Origin: a virus
DNA length: 64,000 bases
IMG/VR virus record: IMGVR_UViG_3300036846_000489
Location: 11,089-75,088 of that record
Strand: one strand, 5' to 3'
Within the stretch, counting starts at the first letter, position 1; every line of letters starts with the position of its first letter. The position numbers and the translations under genes were made by a program. The notes beneath the pieces are model-generated. The model had not been told where the DNA came from. It saw only the letters and a list, made by a program, of their open reading frames with translations, and did not search any database. This document shows positions 8,184 to 17,975 of the stretch, in pieces.

Positions 8184-10478
8184 ATGCCGGGCCTAGCGCT
8201 GTCTGATGTCGTCAACGTCAGTGTGAACCTTACACCACTCGCCGTGCCGGTGCGCAACTTCGGCGTTCTGTGCATCGCCGGGGCGTCGGACGTGATCGAC
8301 GTGGAAGAGCGGGTGCGGGAATACGCTACGCTCGACGAGGTGGTCTCGGACTTCGGCTCCACCGCGCCGGAATATCTGGCGGCCGATCTGTATTTTTCGC
8401 AAAATCCCACGCCGTCGATCTGCTATATTGGGCGGTTCGCACAAACGCCCACGTCGGCCATTCTGAAAGGCCAGATTTTCTCGACGGCCCAACAGACCCA
8501 GCTTTTGACTTCGTTGAACACGATCACCAACGGCACCATGACGATCCCCATCGACGGGTCGCCGCGTCCGGTCGGTCCTTCGGCTGCCGTGCTGTCTTCC
8601 GGGTTCTTCACCGCCACCGACCAGACCAATCTTCTCACCACCTTGCAGGGTATTAACAACGGCGCGTTCACCATCACGGTCAACGGCACCTTGCAGCATC
8701 CGGCCACCATCGACTTCACGTCGATCCTGACCCTTACCGATGCGGCCACCAAGGTTCAGGCGGCCTTGACCAATGCGACCTGTGTGTGGAGTGCCTCGCA
8801 GGGAGGCTTCATCATTACGTCCTCGACCCAGGGCACGGCTTCGACCTTGAGCTATGCCAGCCCACCGTCCGGCACACCGATCAATACCACGACCACCGCC
8901 TCGGTGGCCTCCGGTGCCACGGTGATCCCGGTTGCCACCACCACGGGAATGCTGGCGAACATGCCGATTGCCGCCACGGGCATTCCGGCAGGAGCCACCA
9001 TCACCACGGTCTCTACCACCATGCCGATCATTACAACCACGACCGGCGTGGTCGCCTCTGGTGCCACCGTCATACCGGTCGCGTCGGCGGCGGGGATGGT
9101 TGCGGGTCAGCCGATTGCTGCTACCGGTATTCCGGCCAGCACGACCATTGTCTCGATTGCTTCACTTAACGTCACGATTTCGGCGGCAACCAATGCATCC
9201 ATCGCGTCCGGTGCCACAATCACCGTCACGGCGACTTCGCCCAACGTCACCATCTCAACCCCGACCACCGCAACCATGGCGTCCGGCACGGCAGTTGTCG
9301 TCACCCCTCCCGGTGTCGGCACCGACGTTTCCGGCGATCTGCGGTTCACCGCGACCACTGGCGCCTTTCTGACCCAAGGCACGGCGGGTATGAACTTCAC
9401 GGGAATTACCAACCTCAACGGTGCGGCTTCCATCGTCTCATCGGCCCTTTTGGGCGCTCACTGTCATTGGGATGGACAGCGTTTCATTGTGGAATGCACC
9501 AGCGCTGGCACCGCGTCCACCTTGGGATACGCCAGCGGCACCGGATCGGGACAGGATGTTTCGGTTCTTCTGGGGTTGACCAATGGCCGGGCCTTGCCTC
9601 CGGTCAATGGTATTGCGGCGGAAACACCTTTGGCCTGTGCCACCGCGTTGCGTGCTCATCCCGAATGGTATGGCCTGACCTTTGCGCCGCCGGCCAACCT
9701 GCCGCTGGCGGTCACCGATCAGATCGCGGTCGCGGGGTTCATCGAAGGCTGTCAGCCGTATTCTATTTTCGGCTACACCACCCAGGACACTCTCGTTCTG
9801 TCCGGCACGGTGAACAACGATATTGCATCGTCCATGCAATCGCTCGGCTTTACCCGCACCTTTGGTCAATACAGCCTTTCCTCGCTTTATGCGGTGTGCG
9901 CCATGTTCGGACGCGCCTTCACCGTGGACTTCCAGGGCCAGAACACGGTGATTACCTTGAAGTTCAAGCAGGAGCCGGGCGTGGCGGCAGAGCAGTTGAC
10001 CGAGACGCAGGCCAGCGTGCTGAGAACGAAACGGTGCAACGTATTCGTGGGATACGCCAACGATGCGGCGATTATCCAGGAAGGCGTCATGGCGTCGGGA
10101 ATGTTCTTCGACGAACGGCACAATGCCGACTGGCTGCAAAACCAAATCTCTACCGATCTCTTCAACGCGCTCTACACCAGTCCCACGAAAATCCCGCAGA
10201 CCGATGCCGGCGTTCACGTGTTGACCACGACGGTCGCGAACTCCTGTGCTCAAGGGGTGCAGAACGGCATGATCGCGCCGGGGCAGTGGAACGGGCCGCC
10301 GCTGGGGCAGATCAGCACCGGCCAACAGCTTCCTGCTGGCTTCTACGTCTACGCTCCCAGGGTGGCGACGCAACCGCAGAGTATCCGGGAGCAGAGGATT
10401 TCGCCGACCATTCAGGCATTGGTGAAACTGGCCGGGGCAATCCACTTCGCCGACTGCATCGTCAACGTCAACCGCTGA
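8184..10478 (+). CDS. Tail sheath protein (DUF3383-type) with nested insertions
   Basis: DVVNVSV..YFSQNP..IGR; LKFKQEPGV; DWLQN..KIPQTDAG; LAGAIH; SD AAGGAG. Confidence 0.9.
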   Translation: MPGLALSDVVNVSVNLTPLAVPVRNFGVLCIAGASDVIDVEERVREYATLDEVVSDFGSTAPEYLAADLYFSQNPTPSICYIGRFAQTPTSAILKGQIFSTAQQTQLLTSLNTITNGTMTIPIDGSPRPVGPSAAVLSSGFFTATDQTNLLTTLQGINNGAFTITVNGTLQHPATIDFTSILTLTDAATKVQAALTNATCVWSASQGGFIITSSTQGTASTLSYASPPSGTPINTTTTASVASGATVIPVATTTGMLANMPIAATGIPAGATITTVSTTMPIITTTTGVVASGATVIPVASAAGMVAGQPIAATGIPASTTIVSIASLNVTISAATNASIASGATITVTATSPNVTISTPTTATMASGTAVVVTPPGVGTDVSGDLRFTATTGAFLTQGTAGMNFTGITNLNGAASIVSSALLGAHCHWDGQRFIVECTSAGTASTLGYASGTGSGQDVSVLLGLTNGRALPPVNGIAAETPLACATALRAHPEWYGLTFAPPANLPLAVTDQIAVAGFIEGCQPYSIFGYTTQDTLVLSGTVNNDIASSMQSLGFTRTFGQYSLSSLYAVCAMFGRAFTVDFQGQNTVITLKFKQEPGVAAEQLTETQASVLRTKRCNVFVGYANDAAIIQEGVMASGMFFDERHNADWLQNQISTDLFNALYTSPTKIPQTDAGVHVLTTTVANSCAQGVQNGMIAPGQWNGPPLGQISTGQQLPAGFYVYAPRVATQPQSIREQRISPTIQALVKLAGAIHFADCIVNVNR

Positions 10479-10489
10479 GGGGCACAGCC

Positions 10490-12634
10490 ATGGGCAAGCC
10501 GCCGACCAGGAAGCCACCGGAAGGGCATCAGCCTCCCGGCCACGGCGGCACGCCCCCAGGGCAAGGCCCTGGAGGCCCTCCGGGCCAGGGGCCGGGTGGA
10601 CCCCCAGGCCAGAGGCCAGACCGGCCTGAGCGGCCTCCTGAGCCGCCTGTAGACGCGGCTCCCGAGCATCCCATCGTCATCCCTCCCGAGGTTCCTCCCG
10701 AGCCGCCGGTAGATGCCGCACCTGAACATCCCATTGTTATTCCGCCAGAACCGGAACAGCCGCCGGAAGAGATCACCCCGCCCGATCCACCGCCAGCCGG
10801 CACGTTGCAGGCCATCGTTGACCTGAGCGGCGGGCAGTTCGTCTACAACGAAGCGGATGGCACCGATGTCGGAACCTACCAAGACCCTGACGGGCGCTTC
10901 GCGGAACGCTGCACCCGCACGGTTAGCACGGACTGTCCTATCCGCGTTGATTTCCGCAGGATGGAAGGGCGTGTCTCTGTCGTGTTCGGCCAAGGAGCCT
11001 GGAACGAACCAACCCACCTTAACCTGCCACGCTATCGCGTCACCATCGTCGGAGACGAACTAACCTCTCCGGTCGAGATCGACGTGCCCAGCCATGGTTC
11101 CTATCAGCGGCACCGCTGGTATTCGAACGACTGGCCGCTGCCGATGCGGAAGATGTCCGACATCTACGACAAAAAGCTCATGCCGCGCTTCGATCCCGAC
11201 CTCACCCGTGGCACCGACCCCTACCCTGGCCGACAATACCACTATACCCCGATGGGACTGGCCGGCCTTTTCGCCTACATGCCGACCACGGGCGGACGCG
11301 GCGACATTGGCCACGTCACCAGTGCACAGGGCCATTATATGGCGAACGAGGACAATCCCGACGCGCTGGCCGACGTGATGGCACAGGCCGAAGCAGCCGG
11401 CACATTCACCTGGGATTTTTATGACCGGGACACGGGTGCGGTGATCGACCCGATCATGGGATACCCACAATCGACGCTTTACAGCGAACAGGCCGGCACG
11501 CCTTACATCACGTGGTCATTGGCTTCGAATTGGGTCGATGTGACTATTTCTGGCCCTGCGGGCACCGTGCTGTCGGCCAACGGCAGCCCGCCTGACTGGA
11601 ACATGGTGGTCGATGCCTTTGGTGTGGAATGTCGTGTGCCGGTCGATACCATGATCCCGGCCAGTGGCTCGGTGACGGTAAGCTGCGAGGTCTATGGCAC
11701 TTCGACACCGGGTCCCGCCTCGATCAATCCTCCGGTCGAGGGTGTCAGCGCGGAAATCTCGGACAATTTCGTGCCCGGCACCGGCATCTATCTCGACAGC
11801 GCACACCAGCCGGCCGTGAGCTACCTGCCGTTTCTGCTGACCGGCGATCCGTATCATCTGGAAAATCTGCAACGGCAAGCCGTCTTCATCATCATGGAAA
11901 ATCCAAGCGCACCAGTCCGGTCCTACGGCGTGCTTCAGCCGAGAGCCACCGGCTGGTCGGCGCGCACGCTTGCCGCCGTTACACGGGTGTCTCCGGAAAA
12001 TCCACCATCATGGCTTCTGCCTCGCTCGATTTTCCATCAGGCGCTGAAGGACTGGGCAGCCAACTTCGTTTACAATGAGACCGTGTTGAACGGTGATCCC
12101 ATTGCCGATGTGCTGCACCTTGCCTCACGCAGCTTCGCTGGCGGCGAAGACAATACCTATTCGTGGTATCAGCCATGGCAGGAAGACATCTGCTCCGGCG
12201 GCTGGGGATGGATCGCACTGCTGCATCCGGACATGGCGCAATGGCGGGAAATCGTTGACTGGAAGGCACGGAACGCGATTGCCCGACTGGATGAGAACTC
12301 TGGTTGGTCTTGTCCTTATGCGTCCAGCTATGTCGCGAAAGCCGCCGTCACCGACCTGTCCGACGTTTACACGTCCTGGTCCGATGCCTGGGCCGGAAAT
12401 GCGCCGTTCCTGGGCGATCCGAGACCAGCGGAATATTCGCCTGACTATCCACCATTCAGCGGCGACATGGACTATCCTGGCTATTTGTCCTGCTCGTTGG
12501 CAATCGCATGGCAGGCCGGTGTGGCCGACGTTGAGCAAGCCCTGATTAAATTGGAGACCGGCCTGATCGCCGGGCTGGAGCAGGGCAGCACCGTGAGACC
12601 GATCAAGCAGGCCATCGCCGGACCTATGGGTTAA
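10490..12634 (+). CDS. Large protein: Pro-rich N-terminus plus putative alpha/alpha-barrel glycan-active domain
   Basis: ATG 10490 (the 9467 start overlaps the sheath); PEHPIVIPP repeats; YTPMG..MPTTGGRGDIG, D.AHQP..YLPFLLTGDPYHLENLQ motifs. Confidence 0.6.
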   Translation: MGKPPTRKPPEGHQPPGHGGTPPGQGPGGPPGQGPGGPPGQRPDRPERPPEPPVDAAPEHPIVIPPEVPPEPPVDAAPEHPIVIPPEPEQPPEEITPPDPPPAGTLQAIVDLSGGQFVYNEADGTDVGTYQDPDGRFAERCTRTVSTDCPIRVDFRRMEGRVSVVFGQGAWNEPTHLNLPRYRVTIVGDELTSPVEIDVPSHGSYQRHRWYSNDWPLPMRKMSDIYDKKLMPRFDPDLTRGTDPYPGRQYHYTPMGLAGLFAYMPTTGGRGDIGHVTSAQGHYMANEDNPDALADVMAQAEAAGTFTWDFYDRDTGAVIDPIMGYPQSTLYSEQAGTPYITWSLASNWVDVTISGPAGTVLSANGSPPDWNMVVDAFGVECRVPVDTMIPASGSVTVSCEVYGTSTPGPASINPPVEGVSAEISDNFVPGTGIYLDSAHQPAVSYLPFLLTGDPYHLENLQRQAVFIIMENPSAPVRSYGVLQPRATGWSARTLAAVTRVSPENPPSWLLPRSIFHQALKDWAANFVYNETVLNGDPIADVLHLASRSFAGGEDNTYSWYQPWQEDICSGGWGWIALLHPDMAQWREIVDWKARNAIARLDENSGWSCPYASSYVAKAAVTDLSDVYTSWSDAWAGNAPFLGDPRPAEYSPDYPPFSGDMDYPGYLSCSLAIAWQAGVADVEQALIKLETGLIAGLEQGSTVRPIKQAIAGPMG

Positions 12635-12765
12635 GTCTTGGTGGCACCCCGCGTTTGATCTACCAGCCGGCGCAGAAGCTCGCCTATGGTGATCCCGAGC
12701 CGCTTCGCTTCCCGGCGAAGCCAAGCCACCTGTTGATCTGTAAGCGAGACCGACATACGCTGCAT
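12631..12765 (-). CDS. Ribbon-helix-helix (CopG-like) DNA-binding protein, 44 aa
   Basis: MQRMSVSLTDQQVAWLRREAKRLGITIGELLRRLVD fits the RHH pattern. Confidence 0.7.
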   Translation of the reverse strand: MQRMSVSLTDQQVAWLRREAKRLGITIGELLRRLVDQTRGATKT

Positions 12766-12816
12766 CGCGTAAGCAGTGCCTACGCACCACATCCCGTCAA
12801 GTGAAAGGACGTTTCC

Positions 12817-13389
12817 ATGCCAACCCTCGACGTAGTCATCAGGGGACAAATGGTCCTGCCGGAAGTCAGCACCGGCCCGTTGCCTCCCGGCAGCGGCGGT
12901 CATCCCGAGCATCCGATCTACAACCCACCTGGGATCAATGTTCCGGTATTCCCGACGTTTCCCATCGTGATCCCGCCGGAGTTCATCGCTGACGTTCATC
13001 CCGAGCATCCCATTGTCATTCCTCCGCCGCCAATGCCACCGGGCATCTGGCCTTCTCCGGGCCATCCTGCCCATCCTATCGCTCCCGGTGGCAGTCCCGG
13101 CCAGCCTGCGCATCCTATCGCTCCCGGCGGTGGTCCCAGCCATCCCATCGTGATCCCGCCTGATGTCGATGTCTGGCCGCCGAACGCCAAGCCGGAACAT
13201 CCCATTGTCGTTCCGCCGCCGACCACGATCTGGCCGCCGTTGCCGACCCATCCCATCGTGGTGCCTCCCGATGGCCCGCCGGAGGTTCTGGAGAAGTGGG
13301 ACGTGGTGGCATACTGGACGCCGGCAGGCGGCTGGGCGATGGCCATCGTGCCGACTGAAAGCCATCCCGGTGTTCCGACCCCGGCCTAA
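12817..13389 (+). CDS. Pro/His-rich repeat protein (HPI repeats)
   Basis: About 7 HP(E/A/S/T)HPI-like units; SD AAGGA. Confidence 0.7.
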   Translation: MPTLDVVIRGQMVLPEVSTGPLPPGSGGHPEHPIYNPPGINVPVFPTFPIVIPPEFIADVHPEHPIVIPPPPMPPGIWPSPGHPAHPIAPGGSPGQPAHPIAPGGGPSHPIVIPPDVDVWPPNAKPEHPIVVPPPTTIWPPLPTHPIVVPPDGPPEVLEKWDVVAYWTPAGGWAMAIVPTESHPGVPTPA

Positions 13390-13610
13390 ACCCTCTCTCT
13401 GAAGGCAGACCTATGCGCCGTCCGTGGTCTTGGCTGCGGGCGGCGTTTCTGCCTCTCGCGTTCCACCTTGCATCCTGCTCTGGCGCCCTGAACTCACACT
13501 CGGCATGTTATGTGTTCGTGTGGAACGCTATTGTTGCGTGCTGGCCGGAACAGGAGCCACCATCATCCCTGCCGCCGCTCCCACCACCAAAAAAGCCGTA
13601 AGGAGGTCCT

Positions 13611-14075
13611 ATGGCAACCGGAAGCACCTATTCGTTCATGGACGTGAACGCCTCCATTGTCGGGCCGGGAGGCTCATTTGCCCTCGGCTACGGCAGTGCA
13701 AATGCCGAAGAAGGCATCACCGTCGCGATGGTCGAGGCCAAGAACACGATGACCATGGGCGCCGATGGATCGTGGATGCACAGCCTTCACGCCGGCAACG
13801 GCGGCACCGTGACCATTCGGTTCCTTAAGACCAGCCCGACCAACCAGCAACTCATGGAACTCTACGACACCCAGCGGATTAGTTCGGCGTTGTGGGGCCA
13901 AAATACCATCGTCATCTCGGACCCGGCACGCGGCGACAGTATCACCTGTTCCGGGGTCGCGGTGCAGCGGGCACCGAACATTGCCTATGCGAAGGACGGT
14001 GGTATTCTGGAATGGGTGTTCGACGCCGGGGCAATCAACCACGTGCTCGGTGACGGCACACAGGTCGCCGCATGA
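13611..14075 (+). CDS. Tail tube protein (DUF3277-type)
   Basis: TYSFMDV..EEGITV..GADG..SL..G.VTI..LKTSPTN; SD AAGGAGG. Confidence 0.9.
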   Translation: MATGSTYSFMDVNASIVGPGGSFALGYGSANAEEGITVAMVEAKNTMTMGADGSWMHSLHAGNGGTVTIRFLKTSPTNQQLMELYDTQRISSALWGQNTIVISDPARGDSITCSGVAVQRAPNIAYAKDGGILEWVFDAGAINHVLGDGTQVAA

Positions 14076-14590
14076 TCGAGTTTCGCATCGGCGATCACGT
14101 CTACCGGTCCAGGAAGATGAACGCCTTCCAGCAGTTCCACTGCGCCAGAAGACTGGCTCCGGTGATGTCGGAAGTGTTTACCAATTCCGAGCTTCGCGAC
14201 GCTCTGGAAGAGGCACAAGGAAATCGGGCGCCAGCGGCGGACGGCGTAGACCAGGACAGCCTGGAAGGTCTCAAGGGCTTTCTGGTGGTCGCCGTGCCGT
14301 TCGCCAAGGCGCTCAGCCACGTCACCGACGAGGACTGCAATTATGTGTTGCAGATGTGCCTTCAGATGACGCAAAGATTGCAGGGCGGAAACGGCGCGGC
14401 ACCGATCTGGGTGGACGTGTTCAGTGAACGGGCGAAGCGCCTGATGTTCGAAGACATGGACAATCTTCCCATGCTCATGCGGATCGTGAACGAGGTCTTG
14501 CAGGACAACCTCACGGGTTTTTTCTTCGGCGTCTTGCCGGGTGGGGGCGCGACCGAGGGCCTGACCGGAACCCCGACATTGAATTCGTAG
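14072..14590 (+). CDS. Tail assembly chaperone (G-like)
   Basis: KMNAFQQFHCARRL..LMFED..DNL.GFF; follows tube gene. Confidence 0.8.
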   Translation: MIEFRIGDHVYRSRKMNAFQQFHCARRLAPVMSEVFTNSELRDALEEAQGNRAPAADGVDQDSLEGLKGFLVVAVPFAKALSHVTDEDCNYVLQMCLQMTQRLQGGNGAAPIWVDVFSERAKRLMFEDMDNLPMLMRIVNEVLQDNLTGFFFGVLPGGGATEGLTGTPTLNS

Positions 14591-14769
14591 CTCTCGACGA
14601 CGGCGAGATGTATCTGATGCGGCCGGCGCTGCGTGGCGTCTACCGCATGGAAAGCCTGCTGGACGGCACCATTGACCTGGAACACGTTCTGGTCGCCAAC
14701 GACGCGCTCAACGTGAACGACGAGAACGAACAGCGCTTTCATGAATGGCAACTACGGAATAGAGACTGA
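14515..14769 (+). CDS. -1 frameshift extension of tail chaperone (GT-like)
   Basis: Slippery G GGT TTT at 14515-14521; -1 frame open to TGA 14767-14769 (..YLMRPALRGVYRMESLLDGTIDLEHVLVANDAL..). Confidence 0.8.
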   Translation, partial: GFFLRRLAGWGRDRGPDRNPDIEFVALDDGEMYLMRPALRGVYRMESLLDGTIDLEHVLVANDALNVNDENEQRFHEWQLRNRD

Positions 14770-15803
14770 TGGCAAATGGCACAGACGTTAATGCCACGCT
14801 GCCGGAAACCACGGTCACCGCCAAGCGGGACCCGGTTCCTCCGTCGGCACTATGGATGCGGTTGTGGGACGTGGTAATTGCCGGTGGATCGAGCAGCGAT
14901 ACTCCCGGCGACGTCAACGCTCAATCACTGGCACAATTCCACTACCAGTTTGAGATCGACATCAGCGTCTCTCAGGTCATGCAAGGCGCCTTGGTCACGG
15001 TGTTCAACCCACCACCGGAACTGATCAATGAAAACCTGTCGCAATGGAGCGACATCGCGATTTATGGTGGCTACCAGAAGGCGCGCTATGGCGAACTCTT
15101 TTCGGGGAAGATCACCTATTTCGAGCACGGGAAACAAAGCCCGTTGGAGACCTACCTGAAAATACATGCCGTCATGAACGACGAAACGCTCACCATTGCC
15201 GTGGTCAATCACGCCCTGCCCGCCGGCACCACCGGAGACGACATCGTGAACGCCGTCGTGGCCGCCATGGCACCCTACGGCATCACCAAGGGGCAGATCA
15301 CCGAACTGGCGAAGAAGATGCCGGCGTCTCCAAGGGGCCGCACGCTGTTCGGGATGCCGATGGACATTCTGCGCGACCTGTCTCAGACCCTCGATGCCCG
15401 CGTGTTCATCGACACTGGTAAACTCCACATGCTCGGTCCCGGTGAACAGATCACCGGAGACGAGATCGAGTTGAACATCGGCAACGGACTGATCAACTTC
15501 CCGTCGCAGGAAATGAACGGCGGTCTGAAGCTGCAATGTCTCTTGCACTATCAGGTCCGGCCAGGACGGGTAATCAAGATCAACAACAAGGATTTCAATA
15601 CCCCGGTCAGGCAGATCACCAAGGTCAACAACCTGTTGGCGGATCAGGGGCTGGAAGCGTCCAAGGACGCCATTCAGGCGGATGGAAAATACGCGGTTCA
15701 CACCGTTCGCCACCACGGCGATAATCGAGGCCAGACGTGGTATACCGACATTACCACCAATCCGATCATTCAGCCCGGCCTGTCCATCGGCGGTGGAACG
15801 TAG
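14769..15803 (+). CDS. Baseplate hub protein
   Basis: VFN..GGY..GELFSG..PRGRTLFG..GLINFP..G.Y.V..H.GDNRG..WYT. Confidence 0.75.
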   Translation: MANGTDVNATLPETTVTAKRDPVPPSALWMRLWDVVIAGGSSSDTPGDVNAQSLAQFHYQFEIDISVSQVMQGALVTVFNPPPELINENLSQWSDIAIYGGYQKARYGELFSGKITYFEHGKQSPLETYLKIHAVMNDETLTIAVVNHALPAGTTGDDIVNAVVAAMAPYGITKGQITELAKKMPASPRGRTLFGMPMDILRDLSQTLDARVFIDTGKLHMLGPGEQITGDEIELNIGNGLINFPSQEMNGGLKLQCLLHYQVRPGRVIKINNKDFNTPVRQITKVNNLLADQGLEASKDAIQADGKYAVHTVRHHGDNRGQTWYTDITTNPIIQPGLSIGGGT

Positions 15804-15806
15804 CTC

Positions 15807-17975
15807 ATGGCTAACGTCCTCGAAGAATACCTTGTCAACATAAAATATGTCGTAGACAGCACCAGCCAGAACAAGGTTCTGGAAGGGCTGAAGCATTTTG
15901 CCCATTCGGTTCTCGGCATTAACGTCGAAGTTCTCACCCTGGCCGGTGCACTGACGGAATTGACCAAGAAACTCGCTGAGGCCGGCGAGAAATGGTATTG
16001 GATGGGCCAACAGATCGGGGCCAGCGTCGGCGACCTGATCTCTGCATCCGACGCCCTGCGGTCGCTCGGAATGTCGTCCGAGGCGGCGGTGGGAAGCCTG
16101 AATGCCTTCGCCTTCTGGACCCGATCCATGGGGCCGGCGGCAATGGCGGTAATGCGTGGCCTGGGCGTCACCGCGACCGACTTCAAAGGCCAACTGCTAC
16201 AGCTTGGGCCGATCCTGGCCCGAATGGGAGGTGCCGACCCGAATAATCCGAATTACTGGCGAGCGCTCCAATGGGAGCAGATGATGCACATCTCGCCGGA
16301 ACTCGGTCTGCGCGTGGCACAAGGGAAATTCGCGGACGAGGAGGCCCGACGAAGAGAGGTCGGTGCGACGGTCTGGGGCGTGAAGCCCGGCCAGTTGAAC
16401 GCACAATACAAGGAATACGCTGACCAAGCCGAACGCTTCATGAAGGTGATGCACAACTTCGGCTTCGCCTTCGAGGATTTATACAAATATTTCGGGCTGG
16501 AACTTTTCAAACAACTCACCCCGACGTTCGAGCATATGTTCAAGGTGTTCGAACAGAACATGCCGATGATCCGGAGTTTTCTCCACCTCATCGCCTCGCT
16601 GATCGGGGAATTCTTCCGGCTGGCCGACGCCGCCATCACGCTCACCTCCGCGCTCGCCCACGGGTTCTCCCAACTGCCGGGAATATTCGAGGTGGCGATT
16701 GCGGCGCTGACGCTTCTGGGTGCGCGGCTCTTGATGACCCCCATCGGGAGAATTATTGCCGGGCTGTCGTTCCTGCTCCTGCTGATGGAAGATTACATCG
16801 GCTGGCAGCACAAGATGAAATCCGCCTTCGACTGGTCTTCGGTTGACAAGGCGATCAAGACCAAGCCCGAAGAACGGTCATGGTGGCAGACGGCCCTGCA
16901 TTATCTCGGGCAGGTGCTCGATTATTCTCTGGCCATCTGGCTTGGCTGGAAGGTATTTGGCGGCACGATCAGAACCGTGTTCAGGCCCATCGCGGCATTG
17001 CTCGGTCGCCTCGGTCTCGGAACATTGCTCCGTGCCGGCGGCGTGGCGGGAGCCGGCCTGCTGACCGGCGGTCTGGTGCCGGCCACCGCCATTGGCGCCG
17101 CCGCTCTGGGCGGCGCGGAAATCCTCATCGGCGCCGCCATCGGTGCATTGATCTACAAGGCCGGCGAATGGCTGTTCTCCAATACCGAAGTTCAGAACGC
17201 CCTGAAGGAAGGCGCCGAGGGCTTCTGGGATTTCATCAAGGGGCTGTTCGCGAACCAGGAGGAAGCCGATCCGACCGGTGGATCGGTGAACCAGCCGAAA
17301 GGTCTGTGGAACCGTGTGACCCAAGGAGCGGGTGGCATGGGTCCGGCAGGCGATCCGGTCAAAGAAGCCGACATGATGAAGACCCTGACCAGCAAATACG
17401 GGCTGAGCCGGGAAGATGCCGCCGCGTGGATCACCAACTGGGAAGCCGAAAGCGGTCTTCGCAGCGACATCACCAATCAAGGGGGTGGATATAATCCGGC
17501 TTCCACCCGTGCCTACGGCCTGATGCAATGGATTGGCCCGAGGTTGCAGGCATTGAAGAAATTTGCCGCAGATCGCCATCTAGACATCCGCCAAATGGAC
17601 ACTCAGTTGGCGTTCTGGTGGCAGGAAACGCACGAGAACCCGACCTACAAGAACATCATGGCACATGTCGCCGCCGCAAAGGGCCGGCATAAGGCCGAAG
17701 TTGTATTTCATGAGGCCGAAAGCGGCGGTGACCCCAGCTTGGAACACGATCTTCCCGGCCACACCAAAAATTGGGAGCGTATTGCTAACCTTCCCGACAC
17801 CCCTTCCACCGGCCCGCCAAGAATGGGAGGTGGACCGGTGGTGCAGAACAATAAAACCGACATCAACATCACCCATGGGCCAACTGCCGCCTCCACCGCC
17901 GCTGCCGTGGCGGACAAGCAGGATCAGGTGCATCGTGATCAGGTGCGAACCTTGCGTCACGCGGCGGTGCGATAG
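15807..17975 (+). CDS. Tape measure protein with C-terminal phage tail lysozyme domain
   Basis: LEEYLV N-terminus, long A/G/L-rich helical body, AESGL..AYGLMQW.G.R..L..FA..QLAF lysozyme-2 motif. Confidence 0.85.
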   Translation: MANVLEEYLVNIKYVVDSTSQNKVLEGLKHFAHSVLGINVEVLTLAGALTELTKKLAEAGEKWYWMGQQIGASVGDLISASDALRSLGMSSEAAVGSLNAFAFWTRSMGPAAMAVMRGLGVTATDFKGQLLQLGPILARMGGADPNNPNYWRALQWEQMMHISPELGLRVAQGKFADEEARRREVGATVWGVKPGQLNAQYKEYADQAERFMKVMHNFGFAFEDLYKYFGLELFKQLTPTFEHMFKVFEQNMPMIRSFLHLIASLIGEFFRLADAAITLTSALAHGFSQLPGIFEVAIAALTLLGARLLMTPIGRIIAGLSFLLLLMEDYIGWQHKMKSAFDWSSVDKAIKTKPEERSWWQTALHYLGQVLDYSLAIWLGWKVFGGTIRTVFRPIAALLGRLGLGTLLRAGGVAGAGLLTGGLVPATAIGAAALGGAEILIGAAIGALIYKAGEWLFSNTEVQNALKEGAEGFWDFIKGLFANQEEADPTGGSVNQPKGLWNRVTQGAGGMGPAGDPVKEADMMKTLTSKYGLSREDAAAWITNWEAESGLRSDITNQGGGYNPASTRAYGLMQWIGPRLQALKKFAADRHLDIRQMDTQLAFWWQETHENPTYKNIMAHVAAAKGRHKAEVVFHEAESGGDPSLEHDLPGHTKNWERIANLPDTPSTGPPRMGGGPVVQNNKTDINITHGPTAASTAAAVADKQDQVHRDQVRTLRHAAVR

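Noticed and set aside
9467-10489. 1055-aa ORF starting at 9467
   Set aside because: N-terminal third is an alternate frame of the sheath gene; likely start is ATG 10490
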